DNA of 64,000 nt from Bdellovibrionota bacterium (lineage in GTDB: Bacteria > Bdellovibrionota_C > UBA2361 > JAAYZI01), in NCBI GenBank assembly GCA_050950765.1, contig JBMNIF010000002.1:704001-768000 (forward strand). Direction: 5' to 3'. Positions 39,316 to 49,132 of this stretch are shown here, one piece after another. The translations under genes and the position numbers were made by a program. Position 1 is the stretch's first letter, and every line of letters starts with the position of its first letter. Below the pieces are notes generated by a model that was given only the letters and a program-made list of their open reading frames with translations, searched no databases and was not told the DNA's origin.

Positions 39316-41400
39316 TCAGCGGAGCATCTTTGCTGCGAGAGTTCTAAAGTGAGCGACTGTTTCCTCTGTATCTTCAAATTCAGACTTTACCTTTGCTATT
39401 AAGGAAAAAGCATGAGCTAGATTTTCGCCATTACCATTAAAAGGATTTTTTTCCGTGAGCCCTGTTTTAACAAAATCAGCTTGCTTATTTTCATCGTTAG
39501 GGACTCCAAGTAGAAGAGCGATATTAAAACCGCAACAATATGCTTCGTTAAGAAGCTCCTCTTTTTGGGTAGTATCTTCTTTGTCAATCTCTTGTGTAGC
39601 TTTTGTATATAATAACTCTCCAAGGTTATATAAACATCTTCTATAATCAGTGGTTACTTTTGTATGTTTAACCATACCAGGAAGGCGCTCTGGAAATTGG
39701 TTATCTATGGTTCGTGTGGTGTCTGTTCCGAAAGTGTTGTGTAACACCGTGCGTAAAATTCCAATAGCAAGATTGTGTTGTCTTCTAGCTTCTTCTTCAG
39801 GATTTTCAAGAGGCAGTTTTTTCCCTCCTTTGCTGTTTCTGTATGTATCCAAAAGTTCCGGAGTTGTCTTTAAACAGGTAGTAGTTAGATCTAAGATCGT
39901 TTTCAGATCATTTTTATTGCAGTAATAAGCACATTCTAAATATTTTTGAGCCAGCAATTTATCCTTGGATACTAAGCCTATCCAACGAAAAGCTTTCGAG
40001 ACGAATGCTCCAAGATTTTTCGGTACCTTTTGGGCGAATTCCTCAGGTGTGCTTGTTATAAGTTGTTTGTAACTCTTAAAGCCTACACTTTCTAGGATTT
40101 TCCAAGCAGAAGCATTGGCTTGTTTAAAATATTCCCTTTTTTTTGGATCGGTCTCCTCGGCATTACGATACGCCTCTCCGAAACCGATCAGGTTTTTAAA
40201 TTCATTTTGCAACTCCTCTTCCAGTTTTTGCATTCTAAATATTTTGATCCGGTTTGCAAGGTCGTTAAAGAAAACGGCAGTTTCTTCTGTGTCTTTAAAT
40301 ACAGACCTTATTTCTGCTATTAAGGAAAGAGCGTAAGCAAGATGCTTGCTTTTACCATTAAAAGGGTTTTCTTTTCCTAGTTCTTCCGTAATGAAATCAT
40401 TTAGTTTGCTAGAGTCGTTAGGAGCTCCAAGTAGAAGAGCAGTATTAACACCGCAGCAATATGCTTCATCAAGGAGAGACCTTCTTATTTCCAAGTAGTC
40501 TTGTTGAATTTCTTTTTGTGCTTTGTTAAGTAATAATTTTCCAAGATTGTTTAAACATTGTCTACAATACGCGTTTATTTTCATATCACCAAATATGTCT
40601 GGATCTATCTTTTCTATATCTGAAAATTGTTTATCTATGGTTTGTGTGGTGTCTATTTTGAAGGTATCGTTCAATGTTGTGCGTAAAATGTTAATAGCAA
40701 GTCTATGTTGCCTCCTGATTTCCTCTCCAATATCTCTAACATTTTTAAAACGTGGGTCTGTTTTGCCACGTTTTTTATATTCATCAAATTGATTTTTTGT
40801 TGTATTTGCATAGAGATCAGTTAGATTTAAGATCGTTTTTAAGTCATTTTTATTACAATAATAAGCGCATTCTAAAAATCTTGCAGCGTCCAGATAATAG
40901 TGTTGCCCCTGTGAGTTCTTGTAGGATAAGCCTATCCGATAGAAAGCTTCTGCAGCGAACTTCTTAAAATCATCCGGTATCTTTCTAGCGATTTTTTGAG
41001 GTCTGCTTTTTTTAATCTGTTGATAGTTTTTTATATCTAAAATCCTCAAAATTTTCCAAGCACAATCACTAGCTTGTTTAAAGCTTTTCTCCTTCATGAA
41101 ACTTGCCATGCGGGCAGATTCCTTTTTTAACTTCTTCAGTATCTGCTCTCTTGATTTTTTAGTAAGTTTTTCTTGTGACTTTTGTTGTTTTAGATCGTCT
41201 AGAATTCCTCGTAGTGGAGCAGCAGGAGCAGAAGATCCTTGTGATGTAGCAGAGCCAGAAGTAAAAAATGGTGTGTCTAAGTTTGAATCTCTTTTTGCGC
41301 TTGGATCTCTGTTTGTTTTTGGGGCAGTGGAAGAGTCGTTTTGCGGTGTTGCTCCTTTTGCGCTCGGATTTGTACCTTTTTCTAAGCTTTCGTACGTCAT
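39316..41400 (-). CDS. Orphan helical protein with a disordered N-terminus and two ~312-aa internal repeats
   Basis: 694-aa ORF. LECAYYCNKNDLKTIL, RRQH.LAI.ILRT.L, EAYCCG.N.ALLLG.PND, NPFNG and DTEET each occur twice, about 936 nt apart. Confidence 0.75.
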   Translation of the reverse strand: MTYESLEKGTNPSAKGATPQNDSSTAPKTNRDPSAKRDSNLDTPFFTSGSATSQGSSAPAAPLRGILDDLKQQKSQEKLTKKSREQILKKLKKESARMASFMKEKSFKQASDCAWKILRILDIKNYQQIKKSRPQKIARKIPDDFKKFAAEAFYRIGLSYKNSQGQHYYLDAARFLECAYYCNKNDLKTILNLTDLYANTTKNQFDEYKKRGKTDPRFKNVRDIGEEIRRQHRLAINILRTTLNDTFKIDTTQTIDKQFSDIEKIDPDIFGDMKINAYCRQCLNNLGKLLLNKAQKEIQQDYLEIRRSLLDEAYCCGVNTALLLGAPNDSSKLNDFITEELGKENPFNGKSKHLAYALSLIAEIRSVFKDTEETAVFFNDLANRIKIFRMQKLEEELQNEFKNLIGFGEAYRNAEETDPKKREYFKQANASAWKILESVGFKSYKQLITSTPEEFAQKVPKNLGAFVSKAFRWIGLVSKDKLLAQKYLECAYYCNKNDLKTILDLTTTCLKTTPELLDTYRNSKGGKKLPLENPEEEARRQHNLAIGILRTVLHNTFGTDTTRTIDNQFPERLPGMVKHTKVTTDYRRCLYNLGELLYTKATQEIDKEDTTQKEELLNEAYCCGFNIALLLGVPNDENKQADFVKTGLTEKNPFNGNGENLAHAFSLIAKVKSEFEDTEETVAHFRTLAAKMLR

Positions 41401-41674
41401 GGCGCATAATTATATCTCTGCTTTAATCCTTAATCAAAACTTGTAAACATCCCTACCCTCTCCCATATAGATAGTTTCTTTAAAGAACCAATATACCTTA
41501 AAACTTCAAAAAACTGGGGGGCAGGAAAACTTCTACAAGATATCTCCGTAATGTTTTAGCGTGGTTAGATTGCCGACCGTATTTTATGGTATAAGGGCGA
41601 AGCTTTCTTGTGTGTAATTTATGTGTAGAGACGCAAGTCTAGTTATTTTTAGAGATTAGTGGTGTGTAAAAGGT

Positions 41675-42508
41675 ATGGAAATCGATTATGATCTGTTAGA
41701 TTCTGGGAACGGTTTAAAACTGGAGAGGTTCTCTGAAAAAATTTTAATCCGCCCGAGCTCCTTAGCTATCTGGGATAAAAGTGACGAAAAGCTTTGGAAA
41801 AAAGCCGACGCTGTTTATGATCTAGATAAAGGGTGGTGCTACCTCTCTCCGCGTTTTGATGAATGGTCTTTAAAGGTTGGTTCTGATTTACAACTAATTT
41901 TACGTTTGCAAGATAACGGACAGGTCGGACTTTTTCCTGAACATCATCTATATCTTGATCAGATGATTGACGCTATCTCAGATTGTAAAAAAGATAAGGT
42001 GGAGGTCTTAAATCTGTTCGCCTATACAGGTATGGCATCAATACTGTGTGCTAAGGCTGGTGCTTTCGTTACACACTTAGACCTCTCCAGAAAAGCTTTA
42101 AAGTGGGCTAGGCAGAATGTTGATAAAAACGGTTTAAAGGGGGTTCGTTTTATTGAAGATGATGCAGTTACTTTTGTGCAACGTGAAATAAAACGGGGCA
42201 AAAAATACGATCTTATTATTGTAGATCCCCCCAACTTCAGCCGCACCGATAAACGTAAAAGTTGGAATATCGAAAATATCTTGCCGCAACTGCTGGGAGA
42301 TTTAGCTACTTTATCGAATGAGCGTGTTCATATCTTTGCTACAAGTCATTATTTGACCTACGGTGCAAAAGAGATGATGTCAAATATCTTGAGACAGAAG
42401 TTACAACCAAATGAAATCTTTACCCAAGATTTAATCTTAAAAGAGCTTCATTCGGAAAATACTCTTCCTGCTGGAACGTTAGTCTATTGCAAACGAATCC
42501 CCGCTTAA
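41675..42508 (+). CDS. Class I SAM-dependent methyltransferase (RlmI/RlmK-related family)
   Basis: YDLLDSGNGLKLERF, GLFPE, VLNLFAYTG and VDPP motifs. Confidence 0.85.
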   Translation: MEIDYDLLDSGNGLKLERFSEKILIRPSSLAIWDKSDEKLWKKADAVYDLDKGWCYLSPRFDEWSLKVGSDLQLILRLQDNGQVGLFPEHHLYLDQMIDAISDCKKDKVEVLNLFAYTGMASILCAKAGAFVTHLDLSRKALKWARQNVDKNGLKGVRFIEDDAVTFVQREIKRGKKYDLIIVDPPNFSRTDKRKSWNIENILPQLLGDLATLSNERVHIFATSHYLTYGAKEMMSNILRQKLQPNEIFTQDLILKELHSENTLPAGTLVYCKRIPA

Positions 42509-42523
42509 AGGTTCGACTAGTTA

Positions 42524-43153
42524 TTATTCTACGCTAACGGCGATAATCCGTTCCCAAAGGTGTTGAACAGGTGTTTTTTCTCCGCTAGCTATAAGGTCGG
42601 AAGTCGTCAAGTTATAACACTCTGCAATCGCTTTCGGACGGGCGTGCTTCTCTTTTTGATTAAGCTTATCCATCTTCGTCAGAACGACTAAAAGATGAAC
42701 ATTAGCTGCAAAGGCGATATCTCGAATAGCTAACTCATCATCTTCTGGATCTCGTCGACAATCGTTAAGTAAACAGATCGTAGTAAGATGCGGGCGATTT
42801 CGGATGTACTCTACTGTTAATTGACTTAGCTTCTCACGTTGAGTCTTGGCAAACTTTGAATAACCGAATCCTGGTAAGTCAGCTAAAATAAGTTGCAACT
42901 CTTTCTCTTCAGCGGAGTCCTGTTCAAGTGCTAGAAGGAGGCTGAAAAGGTTAATCTCGGTGGTACGTCCTGGTGTCTGACTGGTGCGCGCTAATTTGTG
43001 CCGCCCTGTTAATCGATTCACGAGAGTAGATTTTCCGACATTAGACCTGCCGATAATGGCGACCTCTGGAATGCTACATTGCGGTAAGGCTGAAAAAGAT
43101 TGTGCCCCTCCTAAAAAGTCAATATTTTTTATCTTGATAAACATTTTTTCCAC
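42524..43153 (-). CDS. engB: GTP-binding protein EngB/YihA
   Basis: GRSNVGKS, PGRT, DLPGFG and TKMD motifs. Confidence 0.92.
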   Translation of the reverse strand: MEKMFIKIKNIDFLGGAQSFSALPQCSIPEVAIIGRSNVGKSTLVNRLTGRHKLARTSQTPGRTTEINLFSLLLALEQDSAEEKELQLILADLPGFGYSKFAKTQREKLSQLTVEYIRNRPHLTTICLLNDCRRDPEDDELAIRDIAFAANVHLLVVLTKMDKLNQKEKHARPKAIAECYNLTTSDLIASGEKTPVQHLWERIIAVSVE

Positions 43154-43248
43154 TATATTAAAACAGTCGTGCCGTATTTGCAGTGCCTAAGTTTTTCATT
43201 GCGTTAAAATAGCTTATCCGTATGTGTAATATCTAAGCTTCTACTGTG

Positions 43249-44772
43249 TTAAAATTGTTGTACAGTACTTGCAATACCTAAGGCACTTTTTACGGCGCTA
43301 ATCTTATCGATAACGTGCGCCTTATACCACGTTGGATCCCACCACTCTCTTGGATTTGCCGGAATATTATTAACCCAAAGCTCAACCGTAAAGCCGTTTG
43401 TTAAAGCAAAACCGGAATCTCCGATAGTGCCGATAGTTTGCCCCGCTTGTACTGTATCTCCTAGCTTAACGACATAGTTTCTTAAGTTGCTATAAAGTGA
43501 GAAGAGACCTAAGCCGTGATCAATTACCACAACATTTCCGTAAGTCCCAATATTCCCCGTAAAATGCACAATTCCGGAGTTAATGGTACGAACTTCACCG
43601 TTTTGAGCATCCGATAAAAAGTTAAACCCTAATTGTTTAACGGTGCCGATGTTGGATCCGTTATAGATATAATTAAGGGTGTGACCGAACTCTGTCCTTG
43701 CTGGACCTAACGGTTTAACAAAAGCACCTTGCCAAAGCTTTTCAGATCGTCCACCTGTCCTTAGTTGAGAGAGTATTTCTTCCCTATCGAGGCGGCGTAA
43801 TTCCTTATTAACCAATTCAAAGTTCTGAATTTTCTGTGTAGTGGAGTTAGAAGGATCGTTCCAAGTGTCTTCATCACGTAGAGTAGGAGAGAGGGGTTCA
43901 AGTTTGTTTAAACCTTTTTTGATTAAATCTGGAATGGTTTTTTGTAAAAACTGCTCTGGAACTTGGTTTCTTAAAGAGGCGTATCTGATGGGAGCGATTT
44001 TATTGTAGAAGTTCATGCTCTTAACGTTACCGACACGGTCTTCAGCAAAAAGTGTTGGAGTTTGTTTACTGATCTCAGTAGTCAGATCTATGGCGTAGAT
44101 ACAGACATAAAGGTTGGGAGATTGTTCAAAATCTAAATCTAAAAAACTTGCATTAAACCCATTAAAGATACGATCCCCTACCTTTACGCCGGAGAGTGCG
44201 AGGTTCTCATCTGTCGCTGTATAGAAGATTAGTTGAGAGCCGCCGTGCACGGCGTTGTGTTGTGTTGAAACAACGGCGAGTTTAGGTTTCTTATAATCAA
44301 CGATTAGGTCGTAGCTCTGCTCCGCCGAATTAAACCAGAGACTCTTATCAAAAGCTTTGATTACTAATTGAACACTTCCTTCATTAAGCTCACTTTCTTG
44401 AGCATTGAAAGTAACTTCAATATTTTTACTATGAAGTTTTTTAGAGCCTACACTTAAGGTGCCGTTAAAAATGTCACGTTTTGAACCTTTTTGTATTAAA
44501 GAGATCTTCGCTTCAAAGAGACCAGCGCCCTCATCCGAAATATTCCACCGAAAAGTAACGGGTCTTGCGCCGATTCCGTGAGGTATCTCCCCTATGACTT
44601 TAATAGTCGGAGGTGTTACCTCTAGGAAGGTAGTGTAGAGCCATTTCCATCCAAAAAAAGCAGGGACGCTGAGTAGCCCGAAGCAGATTAAAACTATAAT
44701 TAGGATGCGTAGAGGACGACGCCTACTTTTTTGAGGACGCTCGTTTGTTTGTGAATTATCAACGCTAGTCAT
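43249..44772 (-). CDS. Membrane-anchored M23-family protein with degenerate zinc ligands
   Basis: N-terminal TM and Ig-like segments. The M23 scaffold YGNVVVIDHGLGLFSLY...VKLGDTVQAGQTIG is present, but HxxxD and HxH are absent. Confidence 0.8.
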   Translation of the reverse strand: MTSVDNSQTNERPQKSRRRPLRILIIVLICFGLLSVPAFFGWKWLYTTFLEVTPPTIKVIGEIPHGIGARPVTFRWNISDEGAGLFEAKISLIQKGSKRDIFNGTLSVGSKKLHSKNIEVTFNAQESELNEGSVQLVIKAFDKSLWFNSAEQSYDLIVDYKKPKLAVVSTQHNAVHGGSQLIFYTATDENLALSGVKVGDRIFNGFNASFLDLDFEQSPNLYVCIYAIDLTTEISKQTPTLFAEDRVGNVKSMNFYNKIAPIRYASLRNQVPEQFLQKTIPDLIKKGLNKLEPLSPTLRDEDTWNDPSNSTTQKIQNFELVNKELRRLDREEILSQLRTGGRSEKLWQGAFVKPLGPARTEFGHTLNYIYNGSNIGTVKQLGFNFLSDAQNGEVRTINSGIVHFTGNIGTYGNVVVIDHGLGLFSLYSNLRNYVVKLGDTVQAGQTIGTIGDSGFALTNGFTVELWVNNIPANPREWWDPTWYKAHVIDKISAVKSALGIASTVQQF

Positions 44773-44789
44773 GGCAATTTTGCAAAAAA

Positions 44790-45791
44790 TTAAAATTCAA
44801 AAGCTTCTAGATTATCTCCGAAACGCTCTAAGATAAAAACCTTTAACTTCTCCTTAATACGATTTTCAATTTGACGTACCCTCTCACGACTTAAAGATAG
44901 CTTCTCTGAGAGATCCTGCAAAGTCGCTTTCTCTTCAGAGAGGAGTCGTTCCTGATAAATGATGGCTTCATTGGGGTTTAAAGTGTCAAGAAAATCTTTT
45001 AAAGCGAGAGAGATCTGTGCCTTTAACTGTACGTTAGAGAGGATCTCTTCAGCTGTCTCTGTTTCTGAAGGAAAGAGAGAGAGTAACGGAGTGTCTGGAT
45101 CATTTTGTAAGGGAGCATCAACGCTGAGATCTGGTGTGCTCAAACGTTGCTCCATCTCTATTACTTCACTCTCTTTGACGTTAAGTTTTTCCGCTAACAA
45201 CTTCGGCTCTGGGGAAAAACCCTCACGCTCTAGCCTCTCTTTCTCTTTTTTTAAATTAAAAAAAAGTCTACGTTGCGCTTGTGTAGTGCCGATCTTCACC
45301 ATACGCCAGTTGGCGATAATATAACGAACAAGATAAGCTCTGATCCACCAAACTGCATACGATGGAAGTCTTACGCCGCGATACGGGTCAAAATTTTTAA
45401 CAGCCTCCATTAGACCGATATTCCCTTCCTGAATCAGATCTAAGATGCTTCGTGCGGCTTTTTCATAATCACGTGTAATTTTAACAACAAGCCATAAATT
45501 ACTCGTGATAAGTTTATAGACAGCATCTAAGTCATTATGCTCTTTATATCTGACAGCAAGCTCATGTTCCTCTTCTCTACTTAGTGGCGGATAACGACGT
45601 ATTTCACGTAGGTACGCTCGTAAAGGATCGTACGGAACTACCTCCTGAAGACGTGGGGGTGGCAGCAGCTCCTTTTTTGTACAATCCAAGAGTCCTGCAA
45701 CTTTAGCAGTTTTGTCAGGTAGGAGCTCTATTGTAGCAGAATCTTCCTTAAGAGGTGGCTTATCTGTGGTTTGCGTCAAGTCTTTTGTCAT
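44790..45791 (-). CDS. rpoH: RNA polymerase sigma factor, RpoH (sigma-32) family
   Basis: YLREI, DLIQEGNIGLM, FDP..YAVWWIRA, RpoH box QRRLFFNL and region 4 SRERVRQIE. Confidence 0.88.
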   Translation of the reverse strand: MTKDLTQTTDKPPLKEDSATIELLPDKTAKVAGLLDCTKKELLPPPRLQEVVPYDPLRAYLREIRRYPPLSREEEHELAVRYKEHNDLDAVYKLITSNLWLVVKITRDYEKAARSILDLIQEGNIGLMEAVKNFDPYRGVRLPSYAVWWIRAYLVRYIIANWRMVKIGTTQAQRRLFFNLKKEKERLEREGFSPEPKLLAEKLNVKESEVIEMEQRLSTPDLSVDAPLQNDPDTPLLSLFPSETETAEEILSNVQLKAQISLALKDFLDTLNPNEAIIYQERLLSEEKATLQDLSEKLSLSRERVRQIENRIKEKLKVFILERFGDNLEAFEF

Positions 45792-45841
45792 TGTTCGGCG
45801 AATCCTAACAGAAAGAGAGGAAATGCTACAAGCGGTTACGC

Positions 45842-45866
45842 AAATAAAACAAACCTTGTTTTATTT
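45842..45866. promoter_or_regulatory. Perfect 11-bp inverted repeat in the divergent rpoH/pilB intergenic region
   Basis: AAATAAAACAA-acc-TTGTTTTATTT. The regulatory role is inferred only. Confidence 0.4.
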
Positions 45867-46137
45867 TTTTACTATACAAAATCTTCACCCCTTCGGAAAG
45901 GCGTTAAGTTGGAAAGCGCATCTGTCGATCTCTTAAGACAGTTCTTGTAGTGCCCTGAGTTTAAAGACTCAATTAGGGGATTTCTGTGTAAGAACCGAGA
46001 TAGAAGGCAAAACGGAACTTTAGGCTACGTTAAAGCATAGTTGTGCAGAGTGTCCCTGTTTTAAGTCCGTTTTTTAAGTATCTACTTTAAAGCGGGAGCA
46101 ATCTGCGGCTGTTCAGTTTTTGTTAAGGAGCGTGAAT

Positions 46138-47832
46138 ATGCAATCACGAGTTGGTGATCTGCTGGTTCGTGCGGGGTTGTTGACCGAAGATCAGTTAAAT
46201 AAAGCCAAAGAGTCACAAGCAGCTACGGGTGGGTTATTGGCTAGCGCCATCATTGCGCTTGGTGCGATCACTGAACAAGATTTCGCAGATCTTCTGAGTG
46301 AACATTATGCTGTGCCTATCGTTACCCTTGACGATTATCAGATTGAAGATAGTGCCGTAAACCTGATTCCGCAAAACCTTGCTACAAAGTACGGTTTAAT
46401 GCCAGTTTTAAAGGAACAGAGCACTTTAACCATAGCCATGATTGATCCGTCAAATGTTGTGGCATTAAACGATATAAAATTTATTACAGGCTTAGATGTT
46501 CGTGCAGTTATTGCACTTGAAAGTGATATCAAAGCAAAACAGGAAAAATATTACGAAGACCATATTTCATACAGCAGTATCATTGATGATATTGAAAGTG
46601 AAGACTTTGAAGTCGTTGCTAACAATGAAGAGCTTGATTTAAGAGAGCTTGAAAAGGCAACGGAGGATGCGCCTGTTGTAAAACTTGTTAACGCTATCTT
46701 GATGGATGCCATTAAGAAAGGTGCTTCCGATATTCATCTGGAGCCTTATGAAAAGGTATTTAGAGTTAGATTCCGTATCGATGGTGTGTTGTATGAAATT
46801 ATGAAACCTCCGATGAAGTTGAAGAATGCTATTACTTCACGCCTAAAAATTATGGCTGATCTCGACATTGCAGAACGGAGGTTACCACAAGATGGACGTA
46901 TTAAATTAAAGATCGGTTCTAATAAAGAGATGGATTTCCGTGTAAACGTTCTACCTACTTTATTTGGGGAGAAGGTAGTTTTACGTTTACTTGATAAGTC
47001 TAATTTGCAACTTGATATGACGAAGTTGGGCTTCTTTCCAGAACAGCTGGAGCATTTTAAAGATGCCATCAGTAAACCACACGGCATGGTGCTTGTAACG
47101 GGACCAACGGGTTCAGGTAAGACTACAACACTTTATTCGGCGCTAGCGGATCTAAATAAAGTAGGCACCAATATTAGTACAGCAGAAGATCCTGTTGAAT
47201 TTAATCTAACAGGTATTAATCAAGCTCAGATGCACGATGAGATCGGATTTAATTTTGCTTCAGCACTACGTGCATTTTTGCGACAAGATCCTGATGTAGT
47301 TATGGTTGGTGAGATTAGAGATTATGAAACTGCTGAAATAGGCATTAAAGCTTCCTTAACGGGTCACTTGGTGCTCTCAACGTTACATACTAATGACGCA
47401 CCATCGACTATTAGCCGTCTGTTAAATATGGGTGTGGAACCGTTTTTGGTAGCATCTTCCGTTAATCTAATTGTGGCGCAACGTTTAGCGCGACGTGTTT
47501 GTAGTCAGTGTGCACAGGAAGTGCACTTAAATCCTGAATTGTTGGTAAATATCGGTATCCCTGCGGAAGAGGCTAGGCATATTAAGGTAATGCAAGGGAG
47601 TGGTTGTGAAGCGTGTTCAGGGACGGGGTATAAAGGGCGTGTTGCTTTATACGAAGTGATGCCGATGATGGAGAGTATTAGAGAGTTAATCCTTAATGGT
47701 GCTTCTACAACAGAGCTAAAAAGGGAGTGTATCAAACAAGGTATGCTGACTTTAAGAGCTTCCGCTTTATTAAGATTAAAAGAAGGTATGACAAGTTTGG
47801 AGGAGGTTCTCCGTGTTACAGCAGCTGATTAA
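46138..47832 (+). CDS. pilB: Type IV pilus assembly ATPase PilB
   Basis: MshEN-like N-terminus, ASDIH, ERRLPQDGR, GPTGSGKT, LRQDPD and two CxxC motifs. ATG 46138 follows AAGGAG. Confidence 0.95.
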   Translation: MQSRVGDLLVRAGLLTEDQLNKAKESQAATGGLLASAIIALGAITEQDFADLLSEHYAVPIVTLDDYQIEDSAVNLIPQNLATKYGLMPVLKEQSTLTIAMIDPSNVVALNDIKFITGLDVRAVIALESDIKAKQEKYYEDHISYSSIIDDIESEDFEVVANNEELDLRELEKATEDAPVVKLVNAILMDAIKKGASDIHLEPYEKVFRVRFRIDGVLYEIMKPPMKLKNAITSRLKIMADLDIAERRLPQDGRIKLKIGSNKEMDFRVNVLPTLFGEKVVLRLLDKSNLQLDMTKLGFFPEQLEHFKDAISKPHGMVLVTGPTGSGKTTTLYSALADLNKVGTNISTAEDPVEFNLTGINQAQMHDEIGFNFASALRAFLRQDPDVVMVGEIRDYETAEIGIKASLTGHLVLSTLHTNDAPSTISRLLNMGVEPFLVASSVNLIVAQRLARRVCSQCAQEVHLNPELLVNIGIPAEEARHIKVMQGSGCEACSGTGYKGRVALYEVMPMMESIRELILNGASTTELKRECIKQGMLTLRASALLRLKEGMTSLEEVLRVTAAD

Positions 47833-47869
47833 GGCAGATTGTTTTTGTGTGAATTTGGAGAGGTAAAAA

Positions 47870-49087
47870 ATGGCACTTTATGTTTGGGAGGGAAAAAACA
47901 GCGCTGGTGTTACTGTTAAAGGTGAGATTGAAGCGAAAACACCGCAAGCTGTTTTTAATGCTTTGCGTGCGCAGCAGATTACCCCAATAGCTAGTAAGAT
48001 TAAGGAAAAGGGGAAGGGGCTTGATATGGAGATCAAGCTTCCTGGCATGGGACCGAAGGTGCGCGATAAAGATGTCGTTGTTTTTACAAGACAGTTTGCA
48101 ACCATGATTGATGCGGGACTTCCTCTGGTGCAGGCTTTGCACATATTAGGTGCAAATCATGAGAATAAAGCTTTTAAAAAAGTTTTACTGGGGGTTAAAG
48201 ATAGTGTAGAAGCTGGCGGAACTTTAGCTGAAGGACTGAGTAAATATCCGAAGGCGTTTGATGAGCTTTTTGTAAATATGGTTAAAGCTGGTGAAAGTGG
48301 TGGTATCTTGGATATCATCCTTGAAAGACTCTCAGTGCAACTTGAAAAAAGTATGAAGTTAAAGCGTGAAGTTAAGACAGCTATGATCTATCCTTCTGTT
48401 ATTGTTGCCACTGCTATTATCGTAACTGTTGTCTTGTTAGTCTTCGTTATTCCGACCTTTGCTGAGATGTTTGAAGACTTCGGATCTGCCCTACCGTTAC
48501 CAACACGAATAGTGATGATGATCTCTGATTTCTTTATAAATAACGCTCTTATTATCTTCCCTGGAGCGATAGCGCTTTTTTTCCTATTTATGTTTTTTGC
48601 AAAAACGCCACGTGGAAAGGAAGTGCTTCATCCTGTCGCCTTAAAGTCACCTGTTTTTGGTGAGTTGATTAGAAAAGTTTCTGTGGCGCGTTTTAGTAGA
48701 ACGTTAAGTACTATGCTCAGTTCAGGTGTGCCGATTTTAGATGCACTTAGTATCTGTGCCAAAACTGCAGGGAATATCGTGGTGGAGCGTGATATCAAGA
48801 CAGCTCGTGTTGCGATCTCTGAAGGAAAAACAATGGGAGAGCCGCTTTCAAAATCTGCTGTTTTTCCACCGATGGTTACTTCAATGATAATGGTTGGAGA
48901 GTCGACGGGTGCTGTCGATGCTATGTTAGCAAAGATTGCAGACTTTTATGAAGATGAAGTTGATACAGCTGTTACAGGCTTAAAACAGTTGATAGAGCCT
49001 ATAATTATCCTCGTCTTAGGTGTGATTATCGGTGGTTTGGTTGTGGCGATGTATCTACCGATCTTCAAACTGGGTAGCGTTGTGTAA
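47870..49087 (+). CDS. pilC: Type IV pilus platform protein PilC
   Basis: FTRQFATMIDAGLPL, AGESGG, AMIYP, GESTG and EP..AMYLPIF motifs. GGAGAGG RBS. Confidence 0.95.
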   Translation: MALYVWEGKNSAGVTVKGEIEAKTPQAVFNALRAQQITPIASKIKEKGKGLDMEIKLPGMGPKVRDKDVVVFTRQFATMIDAGLPLVQALHILGANHENKAFKKVLLGVKDSVEAGGTLAEGLSKYPKAFDELFVNMVKAGESGGILDIILERLSVQLEKSMKLKREVKTAMIYPSVIVATAIIVTVVLLVFVIPTFAEMFEDFGSALPLPTRIVMMISDFFINNALIIFPGAIALFFLFMFFAKTPRGKEVLHPVALKSPVFGELIRKVSVARFSRTLSTMLSSGVPILDALSICAKTAGNIVVERDIKTARVAISEGKTMGEPLSKSAVFPPMVTSMIMVGESTGAVDAMLAKIADFYEDEVDTAVTGLKQLIEPIIILVLGVIIGGLVVAMYLPIFKLGSVV

Positions 49088-49132
49088 AAGATATTATTTG
49101 AAAGATATGAGTTTATAAAAGTTGTAGTTGAG

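Noticed and set aside
46000..46075. c-di-GMP-I riboswitch upstream of pilB (GGCAAAAC...)
   Set aside because: I could not find the GAAA-capped P2 stem or the GACGCAAAGC segment. An Infernal scan would settle it.
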